A DNA stretch of 64,000 nucleotides from an uncultured SAR86 cluster bacterium (GTDB lineage Bacteria > Pseudomonadota > Gammaproteobacteria > Magnimaribacterales > TMED112), in assembly GCA_902563885.1 (NCBI GenBank), contig CACEYZ010000001.1:40013-104012 (forward strand), written 5' to 3'. The position numbers were made by a program, and so were the translations under genes. Under the pieces are notes generated by a model that made no database searches, was not told the DNA's origin, and saw nothing but the letters and a program-made list of their open reading frames with translations. Shown here in pieces: positions 1 through 11,762 of this stretch. Position 1 is the first letter of the stretch; each line of letters opens with the position of its first letter.

Positions 1-522
1 TACCAATTTTTAGATTACCAAAATAAATTAAAAAATGATGATGAGTTTAAAAAGCTTATTAGTTTTAATGAAAAAGTAATTATTGAAGAAACAGATTTTA
101 ATGAACTTATGGAGGAGTCGGAAAAATTCACAATTTTTGGTTATAAGCTTATTGTTAAGTCACTTTTAGCGCAAAAGGCAATCGAAAATGAAAACCTAAT
201 TAGTGCAAGAAATATTTACAATCAATTATATGTAGATGGTATGAGCTCAAATTTAGGAAGAGACAGCAGGTCTATTATTAATTCTGAGATAATTGAAAAT
301 ATAATTAGAATTAATATTCAATTAGATGATTTTGAAGAGGGGAAAAAGTTCATTAATTCATTAGAACAAAATCAAAGAAACTATGAATTGGAGGGAGATT
401 TTTATAAATATTTCAAACAATTCGACGAAGCAAACAACTCATATGATAAAGCTCTTGAAGAGGAAACTGATGAGGGCAAGGTTAATTTTATTAGATTAAA
501 AAAGGTTTACAGCAATGACTAA
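1..522 (+). CDS. YfgM-like TPR membrane protein, 5' end outside window
   Basis: Frame 1 is open from base 1, with no stop before the ATG at 109, so the gene is probably cut by the window edge. It sits directly upstream of bamB-der, as yfgM does in gammaproteobacteria. Helical-repeat-like C-terminus. Confidence 0.5.
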   Translation, partial: YQFLDYQNKLKNDDEFKKLISFNEKVIIEETDFNELMEESEKFTIFGYKLIVKSLLAQKAIENENLISARNIYNQLYVDGMSSNLGRDSRSIINSEIIENIIRINIQLDDFEEGKKFINSLEQNQRNYELEGDFYKYFKQFDEANNSYDKALEEETDEGKVNFIRLKKVYSND

Positions 523-1702
523 TTTCCTTAAGCACATTTTAATTATTTTTTTAATTACGAGTTGCCAATCATTAAATAATATAGGCAACAATATTGGCAG
601 CACTATTGGTTTTATAGAGGAAGATCCTTTTGCACCTACTAAGATCCAAACTGATTATGAAAATTTTCTCAAGAGTAATTGGATAAAGAAAAATACAAAC
701 TCATTTAAATTTTCTGAATTAGGAAAAAAACGCCCAGCAAAAAATCTTTTTTTCGCATCATCAGGCGATAGACTTTTTAATATATTTGATAATTTAGAAG
801 TTATTGATATCACTACTGGAGAAACATTAAAGGAAGTCTTAATTAATGAATCTGTTATGTCAGGTGTTGCAGCTGGTTATGGTGTTTTTGTATATGTAGG
901 GGAGAATGGAGAAATTTTTGTAAACAATATCGAGAGTGGAGAAAACAGATGGAGTGCAAAATTAAATGATCAAGTTTTATCTCCTGCACTAATTACTTCA
1001 AGATATATTCTTGTACAAACATCGTCAGATGTTTTGCATGTTTTTAATTTAAGTGATGGAGAAACTGTTTGGTCAAAAAAAGCACAACCATCGCTTTTAT
1101 CTATCAGAGGCACATCTTCGCCAATGCTTTATGAGGGCTTAGTTTTTACAAGTTTTTCAAATGGTAGGCTCTCAGCTAACAGAATCACAGATGGAATTCA
1201 GTTATGGGAAAGGCCAATTTCAGTAATCAAAGGTTCAACAGAGTTAGAAAAGCTTAAAGATTCTGATAGTCAAGCAATTGCTTTCGAAGAGAGTGTTTAT
1301 GCAGCTAATTTTAATGGTTCTCTCACACGATTTAATATTCGAGATGGAGAGAAGATATTTTCTGTTGATCTATCAACCTCTAAACCGTTATTAATGTGGA
1401 GAGATACACTGCTTTCAAGCAATACAGATGATGAGATAATTCAATTTGATGCCCTTAATGGTAATGAAAAATGGCGTAATTCTAGCTTTAAATATAGAAA
1501 ACTATCAAACCTTGTTATTCATGATGGAAATTTACTTTTCGGAGATTACGAAGGCTATATACATAAATTGAATCTTCAAAATGGAGAAATTTTAGGAATT
1601 TCAAAATCTAAATTAAATTCAATAAAAAATATTGCTGTAATTTCAAATGATTTAATTATCCAGGATGATTTGGGATCAATTGAGGTTCTAAGCATCTTTT
1701 GA
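515..1702 (+). CDS. bamB: outer membrane protein assembly factor BamB (lipoprotein, beta-propeller)
   Basis: N-terminal signal peptide with lipobox LITSC. Repeated WS/W-containing propeller blades. Position between yfgM-like gene and der. Confidence 0.8.
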   Translation: MTNFLKHILIIFLITSCQSLNNIGNNIGSTIGFIEEDPFAPTKIQTDYENFLKSNWIKKNTNSFKFSELGKKRPAKNLFFASSGDRLFNIFDNLEVIDITTGETLKEVLINESVMSGVAAGYGVFVYVGENGEIFVNNIESGENRWSAKLNDQVLSPALITSRYILVQTSSDVLHVFNLSDGETVWSKKAQPSLLSIRGTSSPMLYEGLVFTSFSNGRLSANRITDGIQLWERPISVIKGSTELEKLKDSDSQAIAFEESVYAANFNGSLTRFNIRDGEKIFSVDLSTSKPLLMWRDTLLSSNTDDEIIQFDALNGNEKWRNSSFKYRKLSNLVIHDGNLLFGDYEGYIHKLNLQNGEILGISKSKLNSIKNIAVISNDLIIQDDLGSIEVLSIF

Positions 1703-1705
1703 GCT

Positions 1706-3016
1706 ATGAAGACTTTAGCATTAGTTGGAAGAACTAATGTCGGTAAATCTACTATCTTCAATAGATTTGCTGGCTTCAAATCAGCAATTGTTTCAAACCA
1801 AGAGGCTCTCACTAGAGATAAAAAAGCTGTTGTAATAAAAAAAGAAAACAAAGTTTTCAATTTAATTGATACTGGAGGGTTTTTTCCATCGGAGAAAGGT
1901 AATTTTGATGAGTTAGTTTTTTTTAAAACCCAAGAGGCTATACAAAATGCAGATCTAATTTTATTTGTGGTAGATAAAAAATTTGGCTTATCACCTTTTG
2001 ATAGCGAGATCTCAAAAGTCTTAAGGAAATCAGAAAAAAAGGTATTTCTTCTTATAAATAAAATTGATTTTAAAGAGGGCAGTGTTGAGGATTTCAAAAA
2101 GCTTGGTTTTGAAAATGCTTTTGAGATTAGCGCTGAACATAACTTAGGCTTTGAAAAGCTGATAAAACGAATCTTGAAACATTTACCTGAAAATGAAACT
2201 CAAGAGGATATTAATCACCCAAAAATAACAATAATTGGGAAGCCAAATGTTGGAAAATCTTCACTCTTAAATGCTATATCAAAACAAGACTTAATGATAA
2301 CCTCGCCTGTTTCTGGCACAACCATTGATGCAGTAGAATTTGAGATAAATTACAAGGGAAAGAAGTACAGATTTGTTGATACTGCAGGCGTTAAGAAAAA
2401 ATCGAAAACGATACTTAAAGAAGAGAAGTTATCAACAAGTAAAAGTTTTAGCGCAATCGAATATGCTGATCTTTGTTTAATGGTTCTTGACGGGTCCGAT
2501 CAATTCAATGAGCAAGATTTGAAATTAATAAGCAAGATAAACGATGTGGGAAGGTCAATGATAATAGTGATTAATAAATTAGATTTATTCAAAGGAGAGG
2601 AGAAAAAAGTACTTGAAAGATTGGTATTAATGGCACCCTATCTTGATTCATACCCTAAAGTTTTTCTCTCAGCTTTGCAGGCCGAAGGATTAAAAAATTT
2701 ATTTAATCAAATCTATAGGGTTCAAGAAAATTCCGATAAAGACATTAAAACTAACAAGTTAAATGATTTATTACATGAAGCCTTAGAAAAGCAACCGCTA
2801 CCATATAAATCAAGTTTTAAGCCAAAAATTAGATTTGTACATCAAGGTGGTAAAAATCCACATATCATAACGATGCACGGCAATTCATTGAATAAAATTG
2901 ATGGCAGCTACAAAAGATACCTCATAAAGTTTTTTTCAAAAAAATTAAATCTTCTGGGTGTGAATATAAAATTGAAATTTTTAAATACTAAAAATCCTTT
3001 CAATACGAAAAAATAA
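1706..3016 (+). CDS. der: ribosome-associated GTPase Der/EngA
   Basis: Two tandem GTPase domains with P-loops GRTNVGKST and GKPNVGKSS, DTGG/DTAG and NKxD motifs, and a KH-like C-terminus. Confidence 0.93.
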   Translation: MKTLALVGRTNVGKSTIFNRFAGFKSAIVSNQEALTRDKKAVVIKKENKVFNLIDTGGFFPSEKGNFDELVFFKTQEAIQNADLILFVVDKKFGLSPFDSEISKVLRKSEKKVFLLINKIDFKEGSVEDFKKLGFENAFEISAEHNLGFEKLIKRILKHLPENETQEDINHPKITIIGKPNVGKSSLLNAISKQDLMITSPVSGTTIDAVEFEINYKGKKYRFVDTAGVKKKSKTILKEEKLSTSKSFSAIEYADLCLMVLDGSDQFNEQDLKLISKINDVGRSMIIVINKLDLFKGEEKKVLERLVLMAPYLDSYPKVFLSALQAEGLKNLFNQIYRVQENSDKDIKTNKLNDLLHEALEKQPLPYKSSFKPKIRFVHQGGKNPHIITMHGNSLNKIDGSYKRYLIKFFSKKLNLLGVNIKLKFLNTKNPFNTKK

Positions 3017-3055
3017 AGCAATTTATATTTAACTTTTCTATAATATTTACAAAGA

Positions 3056-3430
3056 ATGGCAAGGCGTCCCACATTTATAAATCTTTTGATAATTAAGCTT
3101 CCGCTTACTGCTATGTCTTCAATAAGTCATAGGTTGTCTGGAATTATAAATTTTTTTATTTTACTTCCCGTTTTCACTTTTATCTTCCTCACAGATTATC
3201 TTTCAAAAGGGAGTGGTTCCTGGGATATCGACAAATTTAATTTTGAAATAAAAATTTTAATTTCGTTAGCATTATTATCTGTTACATACCATATATTCTC
3301 TGGCATTAGACATATGATTGCTGATTTTACAAGTTATGGTCATGAACTCGATTCAGCACGATTAACTGCGATAATTTCTTTTTTACTTACATTTATCTTT
3401 TTTGTTTTAATTCTTTTTGAGGTTTGGTGA
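3056..3430 (+). CDS. sdhC: succinate dehydrogenase cytochrome b556 subunit
   Basis: Small three-TM protein with the SHRLSG-type motif (ISHRLSGI). First gene of an sdhCDAB block. Confidence 0.85.
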   Translation: MARRPTFINLLIIKLPLTAMSSISHRLSGIINFFILLPVFTFIFLTDYLSKGSGSWDIDKFNFEIKILISLALLSVTYHIFSGIRHMIADFTSYGHELDSARLTAIISFLLTFIFFVLILFEVW

Positions 3431-3431
3431 G

Positions 3432-3794
3432 ATGGGTACTTTATTGTGGTATTTTCAAAGGGTAAGTGCTTTGATAGTTTTTTCATACGTGCTAACAATA
3501 TTTTTTTCTTACATATTTTTCGATTTTAGTTCATATGAGCTTTGGAGAAATTTCATAACTACCCCAGAAATTAAGCTATATACGACGATCTTTTTATTGA
3601 TATCTTTTTCACATGGTGTTCAGGGTCTAAAGGCAGTTGAGGATGATTACTTATCTGAGAGAACCTTAGGGTTTTTATCTGCAAATATTGCAAAGCATTC
3701 TTCTCTAGCAAGATTGTTATATAGATTTGTAATTTTGTTGGTAATTTTTGTAACAAGTTACGTTTTTGTAATATATTATTTGGTCGATTTATAG
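3432..3794 (+). CDS. sdhD: succinate dehydrogenase hydrophobic membrane anchor subunit
   Basis: Small three-TM protein between sdhC and sdhA. The ATG at 3432, one nt after the sdhC stop, is preferred over the TTG at 3417 in the ORF track. Confidence 0.75.
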   Translation: MGTLLWYFQRVSALIVFSYVLTIFFSYIFFDFSSYELWRNFITTPEIKLYTTIFLLISFSHGVQGLKAVEDDYLSERTLGFLSANIAKHSSLARLLYRFVILLVIFVTSYVFVIYYLVDL

Positions 3795-3834
3795 ATAAAT
3801 AGTGTTTATAATCTGATATAATTGAAACTGATAA

Positions 3835-5607
3835 ATGAGTAAAATACCTTTTTCTGAAAAAACTTACGATGTAGTTATCATAGGCGGTGGAGGCTCAGGC
3901 CTCAGAGCCTCTCTTGAAATAGCAAAATCTGGTTTAGATGTTGCTGTAATCTCAAAGGTTTTTCCTACAAGATCACATACGGTTGCTGCACAAGGGGGGA
4001 TAACATGTGCTATAGCAAGCGCAGACCCTGATGACGATTGGAGATGGCATATGTTTGATACTGTTAAAGGTTCAGACTATATAGGCGATCAAGATGCCAT
4101 TGAATATATGTGTTCAGAGGGCCCAGAGACTGTATTTGAACTAGAACATATGGGTCTTCCTTTTTCAAGATTTGAAAACGGCAGAATATACCAAAGGCCT
4201 TTTGGGGGTCAATCAAAAGAATTTGGAGAAGGAGGTCAAGCGGCTAGAACATGTGCGGCTGCAGACAGAACAGGCCATGCTTTATTGCACACTCTTTATC
4301 AGGCTAATTTAAAGGCAGGAACAAACTTTTTAAATGAATGGTTTGCAGTTGATCTCATTGAAGGGAAGAGTGGTTGTATTGCAGGTGTAAGTTGTTTTGA
4401 TATGGAAACTGGAGAAGTTTCAATAATTAAAACTCAAGCAGTTGTTCTTGCAACAGGTGGTGCTGGGCAAGTATATGAGCAAAATACAACTTCGTTGATT
4501 TGTACTGGAGATGGTTTAGGAATGGTGCTTAGGAAGAACTTTGCATTACAAGATATGGAGATGTGGCAATTTCATCCTACAGGCCTCTATGGTAATGGTT
4601 CTCTAATGACAGAAGGATGCAGGGGTGAGGGAGGTTATCTCATCAACTCAGAGGGAGAGCGTTTCATGCCAACTTATGCACCTAAAGCTAAAGATCTAGC
4701 TTCGAGAGACGTAGTTTCGAGATGTATTATTCAAGAGATAATGGCAGGACGTGGCTGCGGTGATAAAAAAGATCATGTCCTTCTGAAAATCGATCACCTT
4801 GGAGATGAAGCAATTATGAAAAAGCTTCCTGAAATAAGAGAAATTTCAATGACATTTGCAAATGTAGATCCGATAAATGAACCAATTCCTGTAGTTCCTA
4901 CATGTCATTATATGATGGGCGGCATTCCAACAAACATCAATGGACAAGTAATTACTCAAGAGAACGGAAAGGATAAAGTTGTTGATGGTCTCTACTCAAT
5001 AGGTGAGGCTGCTAATGTTTCTGTACACGGAGCGAATAGACTTGGTGGAAACTCACTTCTTGATTTAGTAGTTTTTGGAAGGTCTGCAGGCAAACACATA
5101 AATAAACAGTTCAAAAAAGGGGAAGTGTTAGATATTTCAAATGCAGAAATTGAAAAATCATTATCAACACTACAAACACTTGAAGATACAAAGAAAGGTG
5201 AGACTGTTTATGCTCTTAGATCAGAAATGCAGAGCATAATGCAGAACTATTTTGGTGTTTATAGAAATGAAAAACTCATTAAAGAGGGAATTAAAAAGCT
5301 TGAGGATGTAAACGTTAGGACAAGGAATATTCATATGAATGACAAGTCAAAACAGTTTAACTCAGAGAAAGTTGAAATCTTGGAATATCTAAATTTAATA
5401 GAAATTGCAAATGCTACAGCCTACTCTGCACTTGAAAGAAAGGAAAGTAGAGGAGCTCATGCAAGAGAAGACTATCCTGAAAGGGATGATGCAAATTGGC
5501 TATGTCACTCTTTATTTTTCAAAGATGGTAACAAAGTTTCAAAAAGGGACGTAAACTTAAACCCTAAAGAAGTAGAGGCATTTAAACCAAAAGCCAGAGT
5601 TTATTAA
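3835..5607 (+). CDS. sdhA: succinate dehydrogenase flavoprotein subunit
   Basis: FAD-binding GGGGSGLRA motif, the SHTVAAQGG histidine site for covalent FAD, and an RGEGG motif. Length is typical, about 590 aa. Confidence 0.97.
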   Translation: MSKIPFSEKTYDVVIIGGGGSGLRASLEIAKSGLDVAVISKVFPTRSHTVAAQGGITCAIASADPDDDWRWHMFDTVKGSDYIGDQDAIEYMCSEGPETVFELEHMGLPFSRFENGRIYQRPFGGQSKEFGEGGQAARTCAAADRTGHALLHTLYQANLKAGTNFLNEWFAVDLIEGKSGCIAGVSCFDMETGEVSIIKTQAVVLATGGAGQVYEQNTTSLICTGDGLGMVLRKNFALQDMEMWQFHPTGLYGNGSLMTEGCRGEGGYLINSEGERFMPTYAPKAKDLASRDVVSRCIIQEIMAGRGCGDKKDHVLLKIDHLGDEAIMKKLPEIREISMTFANVDPINEPIPVVPTCHYMMGGIPTNINGQVITQENGKDKVVDGLYSIGEAANVSVHGANRLGGNSLLDLVVFGRSAGKHINKQFKKGEVLDISNAEIEKSLSTLQTLEDTKKGETVYALRSEMQSIMQNYFGVYRNEKLIKEGIKKLEDVNVRTRNIHMNDKSKQFNSEKVEILEYLNLIEIANATAYSALERKESRGAHAREDYPERDDANWLCHSLFFKDGNKVSKRDVNLNPKEVEAFKPKARVY

Positions 5608-6320
5608 TGGAAAAGCTTAACCTGAGCATTTATAGGTATGATCCAAGCAAGGATCAACGACCTTATATGGCAGACTATAAAATTGAATCTGAATCAGTTG
5701 GAAATATGATGGTTATAGATGCTATTAGAAAAGCACAAGAATTAGATTCAACACTTACATTTAGAAGATCATGTGGACAAGGAGTATGTGGTTCAGATGG
5801 GGTTAATATGAATGGACAAAACGGATTGGCTTGTATAACGTCAGTATCTTCCGTATCAGTAATGAATAAACTTGAAATAAGACCATTACCGGGATTGCCG
5901 GTTATCAAAGACCTTATTGTAGACATGAAACCTTTCTATGATCAGTATGAAAAAATCAAACCATTTTTATCAAATGAGGAAGAGGTTGATACAGGCCATG
6001 AAAGACTTCAAAGCCCTGAGGAAAGAGAAAAATTAGATGGTTTATATGAATGCATATTGTGTGCGTGTTGCTCAACTAGTTGTCCTTCATTTTGGTGGAA
6101 CCCAGAAAAATTTGTAGGACCAGCTGCATTACTTCAAGCTTATAGATTCATAGCTGATACTAGAGACAAACAAAAAAAATCAAGACTAAAAAAATTAAAT
6201 GATGCATTTAGTGTTTACAGATGCCATGGAATAATGAATTGTACTTCAGTGTGCCCCAAAGGCTTAAACCCTTCGAAGGCAATAAATGAAATTAAAAAGG
6301 AGTTAAGAAAAATAGGATAG
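5607..6320 (+). CDS. sdhB: succinate dehydrogenase iron-sulfur subunit
   Basis: Cysteine clusters for 2Fe-2S (CGQGVCGSDG), 4Fe-4S (CILCACCSTSCP) and 3Fe-4S (CHGIMNCTSVCP). Confidence 0.97.
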   Translation: MEKLNLSIYRYDPSKDQRPYMADYKIESESVGNMMVIDAIRKAQELDSTLTFRRSCGQGVCGSDGVNMNGQNGLACITSVSSVSVMNKLEIRPLPGLPVIKDLIVDMKPFYDQYEKIKPFLSNEEEVDTGHERLQSPEEREKLDGLYECILCACCSTSCPSFWWNPEKFVGPAALLQAYRFIADTRDKQKKSRLKKLNDAFSVYRCHGIMNCTSVCPKGLNPSKAINEIKKELRKIG

Positions 6321-9103
6321 TGTCAAAGTCAATAGAGGAGAGGCTTAGAGAAAGTTTTAAATATGGGGGAAATTCAGAATTTCTAGAAACCCTTTACGAA
6401 GAATATCTAATAGATCCAGAGAATATAAAACCTGAGTGGAAGAATTATTTTGATTCAATTCAAAATGGAAAAAACGATGTAAGCCACAAATCAATCACAA
6501 AACAGTTCAGGAATTATAAAATTTCTAAGATTCCACAAGTAAATTCCAAGAGCTCTAAGTCTTCAGATGTTCAGAATCTAATCAATGCTTATAGAAGGCG
6601 AGGTCATGAAGTAGCAAAAATTGACCCATTGAATCTTAGAAAGGCTAAAGAAGTGCCTGACTTAAATTTAAATTTCCATGATCTTAATGAAGCCGATCTA
6701 GAGGAAAGTTTTTCAATTTCAAATTTTCTTGATTCAAAAACCATGAAACTTTCAGAAATAATTAGTTCGATATCTAAAAGCTATACTTCATCGTTGGGGT
6801 ATGAATTTATGCATATTATGAGCAGCAAAACAAGAGCTTGGTTTATAGATAAAATTGAAGGAAAAGATACACCATATGATTTTTCTAACCCAGAAAAAGA
6901 ACATATCCTTAAGAGAGTTGTAGACTCAGAAAGCTTAGAAAAATTTTTAGCAGCAAAATATCCAGGGGCAAAAAGATTTGGTCTTGAGGGGGGTGAATCA
7001 CTAGTTCCTCTTTTAGATACAGTTATTGAGGAGCTTGGCTCTAAAGGTGCTAAAGAACTTGTTATGGGAATGTCTCATAGAGGCAGATTAAATGTATTAA
7101 TCAATGTAATGGGTAAGAAGCCAAGTGAATTATTCACTGAGTTTGATGAAGATTTTGAACAAGATGATGCACACACAGGCGATGTTAAATATCATTTAGG
7201 ATATTCCTCAAATATCTTGACGAGTGGAGGACAGGTACATGTTGCTCTCGGCTCTAATCCTTCTCATTTGGAAGTAGTGAATTCTGTTGTTCTGGGCTCA
7301 GTCAGAGCAAGACAAGATAGAAGACAAGATAGTTCTATGACAAAAGTTGTTCCAATTCTTATGCATGGAGATGCATCGTTTTCAGCACAGGGTATTGTCA
7401 TGGAAATATTACAGCTTTCACAAACTAGAGCATTTGGAGTTGGCGGTACTATTCACGTTGTAATAAATAATCAAATAGGCTTCACAACAAGTGTAAAAGA
7501 GGATGCACGATCAACAGACTACTGTACAGACGTTGCAAAAATGATTGATGCTCCAATAATCCATGTTAATGGTGACGATCCAGAAGCATGCGTAATGGCT
7601 GCAAAGCTAGCTGTTGAATACAGACATGAATTTAAAAAAGATATTATTTTAGATTTTGTTTGCTATAGACGCAGAGGTCATAATGAAACTGATGAGCCAT
7701 TTGCTACTCAGCCTTTAATGTATAAGGAAATTACCTCCAAAGATTCTGTTACAGATTTATATTTCAAAAAATTATTAAGTAATGGAATAGTTGAAGAAGA
7801 TAAATATAAAGAATTCAAGAAAAATTACAGATCACATATGGAAAAAGGTGAAACTGTAGCAGAATCACTTGCTACAGACCCTGATGAATCAATCCATTTT
7901 GATTGGACTCCATATCTTGAACCAGACATGACCAAATCTTACCCAACAGCAGTTTCTAATGAATCTTTAAAAGAAACAATGAAAACCGTTCTTGCATTTG
8001 ATAAAGATTTTTTAATGCAGAAACAAGTTGGAAAGCTGTATGAGGAGAGAAATCACATGCTTTCTGGAGACCTTCCCTTAAATTGGGGATTTGCTGAAAT
8101 GGCTGCATACGCAACATTATTAAAAGATGGTTTCCCTGTGAGAGTTACAGGCCAAGATAGCAGAAGAGGGACTTTTTCCCATAGACATTTAGTAGTTAAA
8201 GATCAGAATACTGGAGAGGGTTTTGTACCATTATCAAAACTAAATAAAGGAAATAAGAAATTCGAAATTTTTGACTCATTGTTGTCTGAGGAAGCTGTTT
8301 TGGGTTTTGAATATGGTTATGCATCTACCTGGCCTGAGGGATTAGTTATTTGGGAGGCACAATTTGGAGATTTTGTTAATGTTGCTCAGGTAATAATAGA
8401 TCAATTTATTGTTAGTGCAGAGACTAAGTGGAATAGGCTATCTGGCTTAACTTTATTTCTACCTCATGGATATGAAGGCCAAGGCCCAGAACACAGTAGT
8501 TGTAGGCTTGAAAGATTTTTACAACTTTGCGCACACGATAATATTCAAATATGTATTCCAACTTTACCTGCACAAATTTTTCATTTACTTAGAAAACAGG
8601 CAATTAATCCATCCAGAAAGCCCCTGGTAGTTTTAACTCCTAAAAGCCTGTTAAGAAATCCTCAAGCAACTTCAAAGATCGAGGATTTAAGCAACGGTAC
8701 TTTTAGAAATATAATCATTAATAAGAGTAAGAATTTACCAAAAAGAGTAGTTTTTTGCTCTGGTAAAGTGTTCTTTGATTTACAAGATGAAATTAATAAA
8801 TTGAAGGTCAAGAATATTGAGCTGGTTAGGTTGGAGCAATTATATCCATTTCCAGAAAGCGAACTTAAAAGTTATACAAGAGATTTAAAATGTAAAGATT
8901 TCCTCTGGGTTCAAGAAGAGCCAAAAAATATGGGGGCTTGGTTTATGATAAGACACAGACTTGAGGAAATCCTAAATGAAACAAAAAAAGGATTTAAACT
9001 CAATGTTTTAGCGCGAAATTCATCAGCAGCCCCAGCAGGAGGATATCAAAAATATCACTTTAAACGTCAAAAAGAGATAGTTACTAAAGCTTTAGAGTTA
9101 TAG
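6320..9103 (+). CDS. sucA: 2-oxoglutarate dehydrogenase E1 component
   Basis: 927 aa. Conserved E1o blocks ([42 protein letters not shown]). GTG start overlaps the sdhB stop by 1 nt. Confidence 0.96.
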   Translation: MSKSIEERLRESFKYGGNSEFLETLYEEYLIDPENIKPEWKNYFDSIQNGKNDVSHKSITKQFRNYKISKIPQVNSKSSKSSDVQNLINAYRRRGHEVAKIDPLNLRKAKEVPDLNLNFHDLNEADLEESFSISNFLDSKTMKLSEIISSISKSYTSSLGYEFMHIMSSKTRAWFIDKIEGKDTPYDFSNPEKEHILKRVVDSESLEKFLAAKYPGAKRFGLEGGESLVPLLDTVIEELGSKGAKELVMGMSHRGRLNVLINVMGKKPSELFTEFDEDFEQDDAHTGDVKYHLGYSSNILTSGGQVHVALGSNPSHLEVVNSVVLGSVRARQDRRQDSSMTKVVPILMHGDASFSAQGIVMEILQLSQTRAFGVGGTIHVVINNQIGFTTSVKEDARSTDYCTDVAKMIDAPIIHVNGDDPEACVMAAKLAVEYRHEFKKDIILDFVCYRRRGHNETDEPFATQPLMYKEITSKDSVTDLYFKKLLSNGIVEEDKYKEFKKNYRSHMEKGETVAESLATDPDESIHFDWTPYLEPDMTKSYPTAVSNESLKETMKTVLAFDKDFLMQKQVGKLYEERNHMLSGDLPLNWGFAEMAAYATLLKDGFPVRVTGQDSRRGTFSHRHLVVKDQNTGEGFVPLSKLNKGNKKFEIFDSLLSEEAVLGFEYGYASTWPEGLVIWEAQFGDFVNVAQVIIDQFIVSAETKWNRLSGLTLFLPHGYEGQGPEHSSCRLERFLQLCAHDNIQICIPTLPAQIFHLLRKQAINPSRKPLVVLTPKSLLRNPQATSKIEDLSNGTFRNIIINKSKNLPKRVVFCSGKVFFDLQDEINKLKVKNIELVRLEQLYPFPESELKSYTRDLKCKDFLWVQEEPKNMGAWFMIRHRLEEILNETKKGFKLNVLARNSSAAPAGGYQKYHFKRQKEIVTKALEL

Positions 9104-9113
9104 AATATTCAAA

Positions 9114-10343
9114 ATGGCTGAAGACATAAAATCACCACAATTTCCAGAATCAATTTTTGAAGGAACTCTATCTACTTGGCTTAAAAAAGAGGGCGATACA
9201 TTTGAACAAGATGATGTTTTGGCAGAAATTGAAACAGATAAAGTTGTAATAGAAGTAACTGCTCAAAGTGATGGGCAGTTAGAGAAAATTATTATTCCGG
9301 AGGGTTCAGTTATTAAAAGTCAGGAAACAATCGGAAATTATTCAAAAAAAATCACTAAAAAAGATAACAAAGACAAAACGAAACCAAAAGTTGAAGAAGT
9401 AAAAACAGCACAAACTGAAACGCAAGAGAAAGTAATGGAATCTCCAAAAATTACCTCAAAAAAAGAAGTTAAAGGAAAAATAGGACCAGCAGCAAAAAAA
9501 TTACTACAAGAAAAAAATTTAACAACTGAAAATATTACCCCAACAAGAAAGAAAGGAATCATAACTAAAGAAGATATCCTTAAAGCTGCTGAAAATAATC
9601 AGTCTGTTGAGCCTGAAAAAGTCACAGAAAAAATGGAAATTAAGGGCGATTCAAAAAGAGTGCCAATGTCACGACTTAGAAGTGTCGTAGCTAAGAGACT
9701 CTTGGAGTCACAAGCTCAAACAGCATCATTGACAACTTTTAATGAGGTGGATTTATTTGAAATAAAGAAACTTAGAGAAAAATATAGGGAAAGTTTTGAG
9801 AGTAAGTATGGCGTAAAGCTTGGGTTTATGGGTATGTTTATTAAAGCATCAAGCATTGCATTGCAGGATATGCCTATTGTAAACGCGTCTATTGATGGCG
9901 AAGATGTTGTATATCATGGATTCCAAGATATAGGTGTTGCAGTCTCGTCTGAAAGGGGATTGGTTGTGCCTGTAATAAAAAATGTTCAAGAATTGTCAAT
10001 TGCTGAAATAGAAAAGGAAGTAAGAGATTATTCAATAAAAGCAAGAGAAGGAAAACTAGAAATGGATGATATTACAGGAGGCACATTCACAATCTCAAAT
10101 GGTGGTGTGTTTGGCTCTCTTCTTTCAACACCAATATTAAATCCACCTCAGTCTGCAATTTTAGGGATGCATAAAATTCAAGATAGACCAATGGTTATAG
10201 AAGGAAAAGTTGAAATTAGGCCTATGATGTATCTTGCTTTAACATATGACCACAGATTATTAGATGGTAAGGATGCAGTATCATTCTTAGTAAAAATAAA
10301 AGAGTTATTAGAGTCACCAGAATCAATGATATTAGGAGTATAA
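9114..10343 (+). CDS. sucB: dihydrolipoyllysine-residue succinyltransferase (E2o)
   Basis: N-terminal lipoyl domain with ETDKV. Lys/Glu-rich linker, E3-binding segment, and catalytic domain ending in the DHRLLDG motif. Confidence 0.96.
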   Translation: MAEDIKSPQFPESIFEGTLSTWLKKEGDTFEQDDVLAEIETDKVVIEVTAQSDGQLEKIIIPEGSVIKSQETIGNYSKKITKKDNKDKTKPKVEEVKTAQTETQEKVMESPKITSKKEVKGKIGPAAKKLLQEKNLTTENITPTRKKGIITKEDILKAAENNQSVEPEKVTEKMEIKGDSKRVPMSRLRSVVAKRLLESQAQTASLTTFNEVDLFEIKKLREKYRESFESKYGVKLGFMGMFIKASSIALQDMPIVNASIDGEDVVYHGFQDIGVAVSSERGLVVPVIKNVQELSIAEIEKEVRDYSIKAREGKLEMDDITGGTFTISNGGVFGSLLSTPILNPPQSAILGMHKIQDRPMVIEGKVEIRPMMYLALTYDHRLLDGKDAVSFLVKIKELLESPESMILGV

Positions 10344-11762
10344 ATGGATTACGATGTAGTTATAATAGGAGGCGGCCCTGGTGGATACGTCGCTGCAATA
10401 AAATCAGCTCAGCTAGGAATGAAAGTTGCTTGCGTAGAGTATGACGAGGATTCAAATGGCAAACAAAAAATGGGTGGGACCTGCCTGAATGTAGGTTGTA
10501 TTCCATCAAAATCATTGCTAGATTCCTCTTATAAATTTAAACAAATTTCTGCAAGCTTACCTGAGCACGGCATCAACGTATCAAAAGCAAATTATGATCT
10601 ATCAAAAATGATGGATAGAAAGAACGAAATAATAAAAAAATTAACCTCAGGCGTATCACAACTTTTAAAACATAATAAAGTTGAGAGTATCTTTGGGAAG
10701 GGGAAATTAATTAGTAAAAATGAGATAGAGATATCTGATTCAAAAGGAAAGAAAAAAACACTTAAAGCAAAATATATTGTTTTAGCTACAGGATCTAGAC
10801 CAATTTATCTAGATTCAGTGCCTTGGAATGGAACAAATATTGTTGGAAGTGCTGGAGCTCTTGAGTTTAGCAAAACTCCAAAAAAACTGGCAATCATAGG
10901 GGCTGGAGTAATTGGTTTAGAACTAGGTAGTGTTTGGTCAAGACTTGGCTCAGAAGTTGAAATTTTCGAAGCAGAAAAAACCTTTTTACCAATGCTAGAT
11001 GATGATATATCAAGACTTATTGAACGAGAATTTAAAAACCAGAACGTAAATATTAATCTTGGTGCTATGGTTAAATCATCAAAAAACAACAGAAGTAGTG
11101 TCACTTTGGAGATTGATTTTGCTGGCCAGGTTGAAAAACGAAAGTTCGATAAAGTTATAGTTGCTGTTGGAAGAAAACCTTTTTCAGAAAATTTATTAGC
11201 GAAAGGATGTGGGCTTGATGTCGATGAGAAAGGCTTTATTGAGGTAAACAATTTTTGCCAAACCAAACTTGAGAATATTTATGCAATTGGAGATTTAGTG
11301 AGAGGACCAATGTTGGCTCACAAGGCAATGGAAGAGGGTGTAATGGCAGCTGAACGAATAGCAGGTAAAAAAATGGAAGTTAACTATGATCTAGTTCCAA
11401 GTGTAATATACACACACCCTGAAATTGCGTGGGTTGGAAAAACAGAAAAACAACTTAAGCAAGAGAATATAGAATTTAAAAAGGGTAGCTTTCCTTTTGC
11501 TGCAAGTGGAAGAGCCCTAGCGGCTGGAGACTCAGTTGGTGCAGTAAAAATTCTTGCAGATAAAGAAAGCGATCAAGTTTTAGGAGTTCAAATATTTGGA
11601 AATTCCGCGTCAGAAATATTACAACAAGGACTCATAGGGATGGAATTTTCAGCAAGTTCAGAAGATTTTGGGTTAACAATGTTCAGCCATCCTACTGTTT
11701 CTGAAGCATTGCACGAAGCTGCACTTGCAGTTAATAAGCAAGCAATTCACATAGGAAATTAA
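10344..11762 (+). CDS. lpdA: dihydrolipoyl dehydrogenase (E3)
   Basis: GGGPGGY FAD motif, redox-active GGTCLNVGCIPSK disulfide, second NAD-binding GAGVIGLE motif, and C-terminal HPT motif. Confidence 0.96.
   Translation: MDYDVVIIGGGPGGYVAAIKSAQLGMKVACVEYDEDSNGKQKMGGTCLNVGCIPSKSLLDSSYKFKQISASLPEHGINVSKANYDLSKMMDRKNEIIKKLTSGVSQLLKHNKVESIFGKGKLISKNEIEISDSKGKKKTLKAKYIVLATGSRPIYLDSVPWNGTNIVGSAGALEFSKTPKKLAIIGAGVIGLELGSVWSRLGSEVEIFEAEKTFLPMLDDDISRLIEREFKNQNVNINLGAMVKSSKNNRSSVTLEIDFAGQVEKRKFDKVIVAVGRKPFSENLLAKGCGLDVDEKGFIEVNNFCQTKLENIYAIGDLVRGPMLAHKAMEEGVMAAERIAGKKMEVNYDLVPSVIYTHPEIAWVGKTEKQLKQENIEFKKGSFPFAASGRALAAGDSVGAVKILADKESDQVLGVQIFGNSASEILQQGLIGMEFSASSEDFGLTMFSHPTVSEALHEAALAVNKQAIHIGN

Noticed and set aside
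1576-2097. 173-aa minus-strand ORF overlapping the bamB end and the der start
   Set aside because: It is antisense to two well-conserved genes, has low-complexity S/F/K-rich composition, and has no recognisable motifs. It is a typical shadow ORF.
3017-3055. TATAAT hexamer (3040-3045) as the sdhCDAB promoter
   Set aside because: There is no convincing -35 element. Such hexamers are abundant in this AT-rich DNA, and it would leave a leader of only about 5 nt.
10805-11266. 153-aa minus-strand ORF inside lpdA. Similar antisense ORFs occur at 5675-5926, 9338-9562, 12598-12792, 13056-13349, 16200-16493, 19020-19262, 20875-21232, 27193-27924, 30284-30919, 37306-38055, 38530-39079, 39716-40377, 40945-43044, 43935-44497, 48693-48917, 49741-51088, 51508-51753, 52230-52436, 54138-54344, 55395-55913, 56189-56416, 57682-58098, 59123-59329, 61365-61559 and 62443-62640
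   Set aside because: All lie fully within, and antisense or out of frame to, strongly supported conserved genes, and they show biased low-complexity translations. There is no independent evidence for coding.
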